Positions 9,444-18,200 of a stretch of 64,000 nt of DNA are shown here, piece after piece. Every line of letters begins with the position of its first letter. Positions within the stretch are counted from its first letter, which is position 1. The notes under the pieces are model-generated. The model did not search any database. It saw nothing but the letters and a program-made list of their open reading frames with translations, and had not been told where the DNA came from. The stretch is from contig CAVVMW010000024.1 in assembly GCA_963749495.1 (NCBI GenBank), positions 32,001 to 96,000 on the forward strand, written 5' to 3'. Origin of the DNA: an uncultured bacterium. Lineage in GTDB: Bacteria; Verrucomicrobiota; Verrucomicrobiia; Limisphaerales; UBA8199. The translations under genes were made by a program, and so were the position numbers.

Positions 9444-9499
9444 TTTCACGTTTCGCGTTTCACGCCTCACGTTTCGCGTTCACGGTTCACGGTTCACGT
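9444..9499. repeat. Heptamer tandem repeat (TTTCACG/TTTCGCG/TTCACGG) x8
   Basis: Read directly; lies next to the IS1 truncation point. Confidence 0.85.
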
Positions 9500-9559
9500 C
9501 AACTTTTCCCGGCGACAAAATCGGTTGCAAAGCGGTGCCGGGGCCTGCAATCTGGTCAC

Positions 9560-10135
9560 GTGCAATCGGTGATTACAGGACCAGTGTACGTGGTGCGGGA
9601 CCACATCGATACCGACCAGATCATTCCGGCCCAGTATTTGAACCTGGTGCCGACAATTCCCGAGGAGTATGAGAAGCTGGGCGCTTATGCGCTGAGCGGG
9701 CTGCCCGAGGCGCTGTATCCGGCGCGTTTCGTCAAGGAAGGCCAGGTGGACAGCGACTACGCCATCGTGGTGGCGGGGCGCAATTTCGGGTGCGGCAGTT
9801 CGCGCGAACACGCCCCCATCGCCCTGGGCTCAGCCGGGTGCAAGGTGGTCCTGGCCGAGAGCTTCGCCCGCATCTTTTTCCGCAACAGCGTTGCCACCGG
9901 CGAACTCTACCCGTGTGAATGTCTGGATCGGCTCTGCAACGTCCTGAAAACGGGCGAAGTGGTCGCGGTGGACTTGGACTCCCAGACCGTCACCGTGCAG
10001 AGCACCGGCCGGGTCCACAAGTTCAAACCGCTGGGAGACGTGCGGCCCGTGGTCGATGCGGGCGGGTTGTTCAATTACGCGCGCCAGACCGGGATGATGC
10101 CTGGCGCACCGGGCAAAACAGGGCCGCGGTCCTAA
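9560..10135 (+). CDS. leuD: 3-isopropylmalate dehydratase small subunit
   Basis: DHIDTDQIIPA, GRNFGCGSSREHAP, SFARIFFRN. GTG 9560 is 6 nt after a -10 box. Confidence 0.9.
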   Translation: MQSVITGPVYVVRDHIDTDQIIPAQYLNLVPTIPEEYEKLGAYALSGLPEALYPARFVKEGQVDSDYAIVVAGRNFGCGSSREHAPIALGSAGCKVVLAESFARIFFRNSVATGELYPCECLDRLCNVLKTGEVVAVDLDSQTVTVQSTGRVHKFKPLGDVRPVVDAGGLFNYARQTGMMPGAPGKTGPRS

Positions 10136-10337
10136 GCAGGAGTGCAAAGGAAATGTCGCAATGTGAATTGACGTTCGGGCCAGGCCCGGCATCCGTTGGT
10201 TCAGGCCGCAGGCCCGGAGATTCTGGTTTTCCCTGCCGGCGTGCAAGAGCCAAAGCCCATGCTCTTTCAGCCCGAGGAGGGGCGCGTTCGCTGGGCAGTG
10301 CCGGGATGGGCCCAGGGGCACCCGGGCCGGCTCCACA

Positions 10338-10468
10338 CCAATCCACTAATCCACCAATCCATCAATCCATCACTCCACCCCCCGCGCCCCCGGGGCGCCT
10401 GGCAATAGGCGATAGCCGATAGCCGATAGCCGGCAGCCGATAGCCGATAGCCAATAGCCAATAGCCGA
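10338..10468. repeat. Octamer (CCAATCCA-like) x5 followed by heptamer (GCCGATA/GCCAATA) x~10
   Basis: 10338-10377 and 10401-10468, between convergent leuD and GH27 genes. Confidence 0.9.
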
Positions 10469-10476
10469 GTGCCGGC

Positions 10477-12081
10477 TCACCGTTCGGGCCGGGTGCGCAC
10501 GAAGACCACGCCATGGCGCGGCACCTGGGCCTTGAACTGGCCCTCGCAAGTTTCCAGGTCCTGCTGCCGCCAGAGGTCGCGGACAACTTGTTGGCCCGCC
10601 AGGCCGAGGTCGGTCCACGTGGCAACGACCGTCGAGGCCATTTCGCCGCGGTTGAACAGGCCGAGGGCCTTGGTGCCGTCCTCGAGGTCCCTGGCCCAGA
10701 CCTCGCAATCGTCCTGCTTGGCCACGCGGCGGGCGGGCTTGCCCAGCGGGTCCTGATCGACATCGATGACCTCATCGTTGCTGAGCAGGCCCCGGGTGAA
10801 GTCATCGAGCCGGGTGATGTCGCCGCTGAAGATGAGGGGCGCGGCCACCAGGCACCAGAGGGAGACGTGCGAGTACTGTTCGTTGGGGGTGAGGGGCGTT
10901 GGGGCGGTCTGGCCCTTCCAGTTGCTCAAGTAACCGAGCAGGAGGTAATCCGGGTCGTTCCAGCCGCCCGGGCCGGCGAAGTTGTGGAGTTGGTTGCGGG
11001 CATAGACATCGAAGCCGTCGCGGAACAGGGCGGCGGGGATGCCCTCGAAGGAGCCGCCCAGGTCGCCGGCGGTGCGCCAACTGTGCCCCCCAACCTCCTT
11101 GCCCCAGGTCCAGACGTTGCCCATGCCGTATTGGCACAGGTTCAGGACCATGTCGCGGTCCAGCCGCCGCAGGATGTCCCCCATCAGCTTGTAGGGCTTC
11201 TGGAATTCGGGCAGGCTGTTGCCCTTGGCCTTCTCGCCGTAAGAGCACCAGTCGTATTTGAGGAAGTCGAAGCCCCACTCGGCAAACCGCGCAGCATCGG
11301 CCTCTTCGTGGCCGAAGGCGCCGGCGTGCCCGCCGCAGGTCAGCGGCCCGGGCGAGGTGTAAATCCCGGCCTTGAGACCCTTGGAGTGGATATAATCGGT
11401 GAGCGCCTTCATATCGGGGAAATGGCGATTGGCGTTGACCTTGCCCTGGGCATCGCGCGGCTCGCCGCCGAGCATCGGGTCGTTGGACCCGGGCTTGACC
11501 GCCCAGCAATCATCGATGTTCACGTACTGGTAACCGTGATCCATCAGGCCGCTGGACACCATCGCGTCGGCCGCCTCCCGCATGATCTTGTCGGTCACGT
11601 GGCTTTCCCAGACATACCAACTGTTCCAGCCCATGTGGGGCGTCAGGGCCAGGGTGTCGCCGCAGACGATGCGGAACTTGCGCGAGGCGGCGCCGAGGCT
11701 GTTCGAGGCGCGGAAGGTCACTGTGTAGTCGCCCGGCTTTTCGAGCCGGCCGGTGATCTGCCCGCTCCGGGCGTCCACGCCCAGGCCGGGTGGCAAGTCA
11801 TCCACCGCGAAGGCCATTGGCCGCTCCCCGGTGGCCGGGATGGTGAACAGGAAGGGGTGTCCGGGCCGGACACCGAAGATGCGGGCGCCGTTGATGCGCG
11901 GCGCGCTCGGCGGCTTGGGGGTGAGCACGACGGCCTCTTCGCGCGGCGGCTTGGCAACTGCCGGCTGCGCCGCCGGGGCCTGGAAAGCAAAGGCCGCGGC
12001 TGCCAGCAGGGCAGTGGCCAGCCCGGGTAGAGCAAGTGCGTGGGTCTTCATGGGCGTTCGCCTGGGGATTGAGTTTTTCAT
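10477..12081 (-). CDS. Secreted GH27 alpha-galactosidase-like glycosidase with N-terminal Ig-like domain
   Basis: Signal peptide; TPHMGWNSW, YVNIDDCW, FDFLKYDWC, SWRTAGD, WNDPDYL. Confidence 0.92.
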   Translation of the reverse strand: MKNSIPRRTPMKTHALALPGLATALLAAAAFAFQAPAAQPAVAKPPREEAVVLTPKPPSAPRINGARIFGVRPGHPFLFTIPATGERPMAFAVDDLPPGLGVDARSGQITGRLEKPGDYTVTFRASNSLGAASRKFRIVCGDTLALTPHMGWNSWYVWESHVTDKIMREAADAMVSSGLMDHGYQYVNIDDCWAVKPGSNDPMLGGEPRDAQGKVNANRHFPDMKALTDYIHSKGLKAGIYTSPGPLTCGGHAGAFGHEEADAARFAEWGFDFLKYDWCSYGEKAKGNSLPEFQKPYKLMGDILRRLDRDMVLNLCQYGMGNVWTWGKEVGGHSWRTAGDLGGSFEGIPAALFRDGFDVYARNQLHNFAGPGGWNDPDYLLLGYLSNWKGQTAPTPLTPNEQYSHVSLWCLVAAPLIFSGDITRLDDFTRGLLSNDEVIDVDQDPLGKPARRVAKQDDCEVWARDLEDGTKALGLFNRGEMASTVVATWTDLGLAGQQVVRDLWRQQDLETCEGQFKAQVPRHGVVFVRTRPER

Positions 12082-12169
12082 TGCAGACTTCTGGTGCCGT
12101 ATTCTCCACGCGCAGTGCGCGAAGTCAAACACGAAGCTCAGCCCCAAATCCTCGCGTGACCATTTTACG

Positions 12170-12231
12170 CCACGGAATACACGGAATACACGGAAAAGGG
12201 CCTTTTTCCGTGTATTCCGTGTATTCCGTGG
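12170..12231. repeat. Perfect 28-bp-arm hairpin built from 9-mer repeats (CACGGAATA)x3; possible terminator for tsf
   Basis: ccacggaatacacggaatacacggaaaa-gggcct-ttttccgtgtattccgtgtattccgtgg. Confidence 0.9.
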
Positions 12232-12285
12232 TTTATGTTTTCTGGATTGGCACGGAAGCTGAGAGGGCCTGGCCGGCCGATGGGT

Positions 12286-13134
12286 TCAGGCGGGCGCCGC
12301 TTCACCGACCTGAAAACGGGCGAAGCGCCGGATGGTGAGTTCGTCGCCCAACTGTTTGGCGACGGCGGCGATGTGCTCTTTGACCGAGATCTCGGAGTTC
12401 TTCTTGACGAACCCCTGATCCACCAGGCAATAGGCCTGGTAGAATTTCTCGAGCATCCCCTCGATGATCCTCGCGACGGCCTGGGGCGGTTTGCCCTTGA
12501 GGCGGTCGGACTGGGAGGCGATTTCGCGTTCCTTGGCGACGACGGCGGCGGGCACCTGGCCGCGCGCAATGGCCGAAGGATTGCCGGCGGCAATCTGGAG
12601 CGTGATGTCCTTGACCAACTGCTTGAAGTCGGCGTTGGCGACCGTGCTCTCCTTGCCGGCGCCGACCTCGACCAGGACGCCGACTTTTGCGCCGGTGTGG
12701 ATGTAGGCGGCGACCATGCCGTTGCCATCAACCTGCATGCGGGCGTGGCGGGGGACCTGGACGTTCTCGCGGATCTTCGCCACCAACTCGACGCGCTCGG
12801 CCTCGAAGTCCGCCTGGGGACCGGCGGCCAGCCGGCGGGCAACCTCGTCGGCAAAGGCCTTGAACAGGTCGTTGCGGGCGACAAAATCGGTTTGGCAATT
12901 GACCTCGACCAGCACGCCCAGCCGGCCATCGGGTGCGATATACTGGGCGATGACCCCTTCGCGGGCCTCGCGTCCGCCCTTGAGCACGGCCGTGGCGGCA
13001 CCCTTCTTGCGCAGAATATCCACGGCGCGGCTCATGTCGCCATTGGCCTCCTGGAGCGCCTTTTTGCAGTCCATCATGCCGGCGTTGGTCATTTCCCGGA
13101 GTCTGGCCACGGTGGCAGCAGTGATTTGAGCCAT
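12286..13134 (-). CDS. tsf: Elongation factor Ts
   Basis: LREMTNAGMMDCKKAL, EVNCQTDFVA. Confidence 0.97.
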   Translation of the reverse strand: MAQITAATVARLREMTNAGMMDCKKALQEANGDMSRAVDILRKKGAATAVLKGGREAREGVIAQYIAPDGRLGVLVEVNCQTDFVARNDLFKAFADEVARRLAAGPQADFEAERVELVAKIRENVQVPRHARMQVDGNGMVAAYIHTGAKVGVLVEVGAGKESTVANADFKQLVKDITLQIAAGNPSAIARGQVPAAVVAKEREIASQSDRLKGKPPQAVARIIEGMLEKFYQAYCLVDQGFVKKNSEISVKEHIAAVAKQLGDELTIRRFARFQVGEAAPA

Positions 13135-13205
13135 ATTGAAGAGTGGTTGGGGAGTTGGGAGCGGATGAGGCTATGGGGCGGGGGGCATCAGGGGCGCGGG
13201 CGCCG

Positions 13206-14024
13206 CTACCGGGGCCAGCGGCGGCAGCGGGGCGGAGCCGGCGCGGGCGCCGGGGCGGGGGCGGGGAGCGGTTCGGCGGCGGGGACAGGCTGGGCCGCGC
13301 CGGCCTCCTCGGCGGCCTTGCGGCGGGCAAACTTCGCCTCGAACTCCGCCTGGGACTGGGTGATGACCTGGCCCACGGTGGCCAGGACCATGCGAATGGA
13401 GCGGATGGCATCGTCATTGCCCGCAACCGGGTAGGCCACCAGGTCGGGGTCGCAGTTGGTATCGACAAGGGCCACGACGGGGATGTTGAGGCGGCGGGCT
13501 TCGGCCACGGCGTTGTGCTCGCGTTTGATGTCCACCACGAACATGGCCCCGGGCAGCTTGTCCATGGCCCGGATGCCGTCGAAGAACTTGACCAGCCGGG
13601 CGGCCTCGCGCCGGATCATCAACTGCTCCTGCTTGACGTAATTGTTGATGCTGCCATCGGTCTCCATCTTTTCGATCTGCTTGAGGCGGGCGATGGAGCG
13701 CTTGATGGTGGCAAAATTGGTCAGCGTGCCGCCCAGCCAGCGTTCGGTGACAAAGAACTGGCCGCACTCCTTGGCGGTGTCCCTGACCGCCTGCTGGGCT
13801 TGCTTCTTGGTGCCGACGAAGAGCACCTTGCCGCCCTTGGTCACCGTGTTGGCCAGAAAGGCGCAGGCGGCGTCCAATTGGTTGAGAGTCTTGCTGAGGT
13901 CAATGATATGAATGCCGTTGCGCGCGTCGAAGATGAACGGCTTCATCTTGGGGTTCCACCGTTTGGTTTGGTGCCCGAAATGGACGCCGGCATCCAGCAA
14001 TTCCTTTACGCCAATGCTAATCAC
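13206..14024 (-). CDS. rpsB: 30S ribosomal protein S2
   Basis: LLDAGVHFGHQTKRWNPKM, DTNCDPD, GNDDAIRS. Exact end in the GC-rich Pro/Ala tail is uncertain. Confidence 0.97.
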   Translation of the reverse strand: MISIGVKELLDAGVHFGHQTKRWNPKMKPFIFDARNGIHIIDLSKTLNQLDAACAFLANTVTKGGKVLFVGTKKQAQQAVRDTAKECGQFFVTERWLGGTLTNFATIKRSIARLKQIEKMETDGSINNYVKQEQLMIRREAARLVKFFDGIRAMDKLPGAMFVVDIKREHNAVAEARRLNIPVVALVDTNCDPDLVAYPVAGNDDAIRSIRMVLATVGQVITQSQAEFEAKFARRKAAEEAGAAQPVPAAEPLPAPAPAPAPAPPRCRRWPR

Positions 14025-14029
14025 AAGTT

Positions 14030-14233
14030 TCCTTTGGTTGAGAGTCCGCCTGCCGGGCGGACCATCCCGCGGAACACGGGATTCTGTTCAATGTTGTTAT
14101 GGCCCCCGGCGCCAACACAGCGCCGGCAATCAAATCCATTATGGCCGTGAACTCGCTCCATCCGCCGCCGGCCCCGGGGGCCGCCGCCCGGACAACGGGC
14201 GCAGAACCATACCAGACCCGGGCAGACAGGCAA
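14030..14233 (-). promoter_or_regulatory. rpsB promoter and structured 5' leader (probable S2 autoregulatory element)
   Basis: TTGCCT-N16-TATGGT with extended TG (14233-14206). Leader hairpins gccggcgc..gcgccgg, atcccg..cgggat, gtccgcc..ggcggac, and GGGGCCATAAC resembling the conserved rpsB-leader segment. Confidence 0.55.
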
Positions 14234-14273
14234 CTCTTATTTTGAGGGAAAGCAGAACCGCAGAACCGCTCTT

Positions 14274-14386
14274 GCAGAACCATGCGCGGCAAAATCATTG
14301 CTGGCAAAATCATGCAGAAAGAATTCCTTAGAAATGATTTTGCCAGCAATGATTTTGCTTCATGCCTGCTGCCTATGATTTTGCCT
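14274..14386. repeat. Inverted arrays of a ~15-nt unit containing GCAAAATCAT
   Basis: ggcaaaatcattgctggcaaaatcat ... atgattttgccagcaatgattttgc; related unit at 3806-3831. Confidence 0.8.
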
Positions 14387-14432
14387 CATTTTAGGATTCA
14401 TTTTTCAACCGCCTTTGCGCAACGTAACGGGG

Positions 14433-15173
14433 ATGGGCGCAGACACAGACCCGGTGAGAGGGGCCGAACCGCTGGCGGGCGACACCGCCCAGGGCGGCCC
14501 GGCGGCCCGGCTGCCCTGGCGCAAGCTCGTGCTCCTGGCGGGGATGGCCGGCGTCTTGCTGGCGGTGGTCTATCTGTCTCCAATGCGCGGCTATCTGGGC
14601 CGATTGCGCGTGAGCGAGCAGGTCCGGGGCCTGGGCATCCTGGGGCCGCTGGCGTTCATGCTCGGCATCGCGGCGCTGGTCGCCGTCGGGTTCCCGCGGC
14701 TGCTCCTCTGCGCCATCGCCGGCATGGCGTTGGGTTTCTGGTCCGGGCTGCTCTGGGCGCAACTGGGCACGTTGCTGGGCAACTACGCGACCTTTCTGGT
14801 TGCCCGTTTTGGCGCCAGGCACTGGGCCCAACGCTATCTCTGGAGGCATGCGCGGCTCCAGGGGTGGGTCCGGCGCGAGGGCATCGCCGGGGTCATCCTG
14901 GCACGGCAATTGCCCATGCCGGGCCTGCTGATCAACCTCGGGTTGGGCCTGCTCCCCATCCGCCAGCGGCATTTCCTGCTCGGGACAGCCCTGGGCCAGT
15001 TGCCCGAGGCAGTCCCCTGCACGCTCATTGGCGCCGGCGCCCTCCAGGCCTCTGCGGCACGGAGCGCGGGACTTGTCGGCCTGGGCGCGGCGGCAGCGGT
15101 CCTGGTTTGGGTGGGCCTGCGCCGGTTCCTGTGTCCCGAAAGCACGGATGAGAAGACGCAGGGCGGCCTTTAA
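14433..15173 (+). CDS. TVP38/TMEM64 (VTT/DedA superfamily) membrane protein
   Basis: AGMALGFWSG..WAQLGTLLG, ILARQLPMPG..INLGLG, FLLGTALGQLP. Confidence 0.85.
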   Translation: MGADTDPVRGAEPLAGDTAQGGPAARLPWRKLVLLAGMAGVLLAVVYLSPMRGYLGRLRVSEQVRGLGILGPLAFMLGIAALVAVGFPRLLLCAIAGMALGFWSGLLWAQLGTLLGNYATFLVARFGARHWAQRYLWRHARLQGWVRREGIAGVILARQLPMPGLLINLGLGLLPIRQRHFLLGTALGQLPEAVPCTLIGAGALQASAARSAGLVGLGAAAAVLVWVGLRRFLCPESTDEKTQGGL

Positions 15174-15279
15174 CAGTCTCGGAGGATTTGGGATTCAGGT
15201 AAATTGTTGACAACCTCACCGAATCTGAGAAAATGCCCGGGTTCTCCACCGAGTTGGCCAAGCAGAAGAACCAGCTTTT

Positions 15280-18200
15280 ATGAAAACCTCGAAGGTCCTC
15301 CCCACAACGCTCACGCTAGCCATCCTCTGTCTGGGCCTGGCCTGGCCGGCCACCACCAGGGCGGGTTTCAAGATCACGTTGAAACAGCCCCCGGACGGCG
15401 ACTACATCAGAGGGGGTCTGCCACCCATCGGGGGCTGCATCTACTCGTGGCCGGATCCCTGGGTGTGGCCGCTGACCGGCACATGGGTGGCGATTCAGCG
15501 CGATAGTGATGGGGCTTTTTGGAGCGGGTCCCAATGGCAGGGCTCCAGCGCCTGGATTACCGTCCTCGTCCCCGTCGGACTAATCTATAGCGGGCCTTGG
15601 ACCTTGCCGGTGCGGTTGCCTTCATACGCCGACCTGAGCGAGGGCAGTTACACGATCTCCGCCCACGCCGAAACGCTGGACGACAAGCGGGACGCACAAA
15701 CGCATTTCAAGGTCGATCGCACGCCGCCAGTCGTGAGTATCACGTCGCCAACCGATGGCGCAGGGTTGAGCAGTCTGACGCTGATAAGCGGCAGTGCCAC
15801 CGATACGGGGAGCGGAGTGGTCTCCTGCGATGTGGTGCTCCAGCGGCAGAGCGATCAACTTTGCTGGGACGGCCAGAATTGGAGCAGCGGGAATCCGATC
15901 AATACGTCGGGGCCTTCTCAGTTTACGGGTGACTATTGGAGCAATTGGAGCATCAGCGATAATCTACCCGGCGACTCTGACCTGCTCGAGGGGAACTATC
16001 TGATCACGGCGACCGCGCTCGACCGGATGGGCAACATCGGCACCGCCACCGTGACTTTTATCGTGGATCGGACTCCGCCCCTGGTGCCAGTCGTGAGTTC
16101 GCCCGCCGACGGAGCGACGATTCCAGCCCTGTTCAACATCTGGGGAACGACCGCCGATAATCCCGGCGGGGCTGGCATCGATCACGTCAACGTGCTGATC
16201 CAGCGAGCGCGTGACAATAGTACTTGGAACGGTTCGGATTGGGTGGCTAACCAGACCGAACTGCCCGCGACCTTGGGGGTTGTCCTAGTAAGAGTCCCGG
16301 TAAATGGGCATTGGGGGTCCATGCTGCAAACCTCATGGTCGCCCAGCGCCGGCCTGCCCACCGGCGACAAATTGGAGAACGGCGACTACGAGTTAATCGT
16401 CACCGCTTACGACGTGATGAACCTCCATACCGCAGCCACCAACACCTTCACAGTGAACAAGGTGGCGCCGACCATCACCATTGCCGCCCCCAGCAATGGC
16501 GGGACTTTCTCCAATGCCGCTTTCCCAGTCCTCTCAGGCACTGCCACCGTTACGTCCGGCCTCGGGATTGCCAAGGTGGTCCTTTATTTGGCGTACACGT
16601 ATATCAATGACTACAACGGACAGGAGGACGAAGACGACTGGAACGGAGTGGAATGGGTGAACCGGCAAACCACGGCTTTGACGGCCACGGTGTCCGGCAC
16701 TAATTGGACTTACAGCGCCGGGTTGCCCTCCGGAGGCAACCTGTCCGAGGGCCATTACCTGGTCCTGGCGTATGTCTATGACACAGGCGGCAATGACAAC
16801 TTCGCAGCTTGCCATGTGTACATTGACCGGACAGCCCCGCCTCCGCCCGTGATCCAAGTCCCCACCAGCGGCGCCGTGCTGAACGCCCTTTCGGGTATTC
16901 AGGGCACAGCAACCGACGACCCCAATGGCTACGGCCTCGATCACGTCGAACTCGCCCTGGTGGGGCAATTTCTCGATCCAGCGTCCCAGACGACGAAGAG
17001 TTACTACTGGGATGGCTCGGTCTGGCAGCCCAATGCGGTTTATCTGCGGGCCTTGTGCTCGGATACCAATTGGTTCTGCACCAACGCCCTGCCGGCGGGC
17101 ACGAACCTATACGACGCTTCCTATGTCATTCAGGCCCACGCCATCAATTTGGCGACCAATGTCGGTCCCGATGCCACCTGCAACTTCACGATCGATACCG
17201 TGCCGCCGGTGGTGACCATCACCTCGCCCACCAATGGCGAGGCGCTCTTGGATCTGAGCGGCTGTGCCGGGACGGTGACGGACAGCAGTCCGATTCGGAG
17301 CGTGACGCTCAATCTGTGGCGCGACAGCGATCTTCGCAGTTGGAATGGCGCTGCTTGGGCGAACGGCTACGCGGTGATCACGGCCACCGTCTCGGGGGCG
17401 ACCTGGACCTGCAATACCAGCCTGCCGCACGGGGACGATCTGCCGCCGGGAAGCTATTACTTGAATGCCGAGGGCGATGACACGGTGGGCAACAGCGGCA
17501 GCGCAACGGTGCTTATCACGGTCCTGGCCCCGAACCCGCTTCCCGCTCTTTCCTGGTTGGACCCCAGCGCCGGTTTTGCCGGTGATCCGGGCTTCACCTT
17601 GGCCGTGGTCGGCTCCAACTTCGTCCAGGGCGCCACCGTGCTCTGGAATGGAGCGGATCGAACTACTTACTACGTGGACGACCAGGAACTCCTGGCTCAA
17701 ATTAACGCGGCCGATGTCGCCTCCGCGGGCACGGTGGCTGTCTCCGTGTTCAATCCCGCCCCGGGCGGGGGGACTTCGACCAGTCTTGGCTTTGCCGTTC
17801 AAACCCGCCCTGTAGTGCCGAACGACAATTTCAGCGACCGTATCGTCCTGGGCGGCTATTCGGCGTCGGCAACGGGCAGCAATGCGGGGGCCACCCTCGA
17901 GAATGGCGAGCCCAACCCTGTGAGTGGCATGACGGGCGGGCGCTCGGTTTGGTGGTCCTGGACCGCCCCGGGCTCGGGCACGGTCACGACCGACACCAAG
18001 GGCAGCAGTTTCGATACCCTCCTGGGCGTATATACCGGCAACTCCCTGGCCAGCCTGACGCTTGTGGCCAGCGATAACAACAGCGGCGGCAATTTCACGA
18101 GCCAGGTCGTTTTTCAAGGCGAGGCGGGAACCCAGTACCAAATACAGGTGGATGGCGTGGCGGGTGCGTACGGGACGATTCAATTGAACATCAACGAAAG

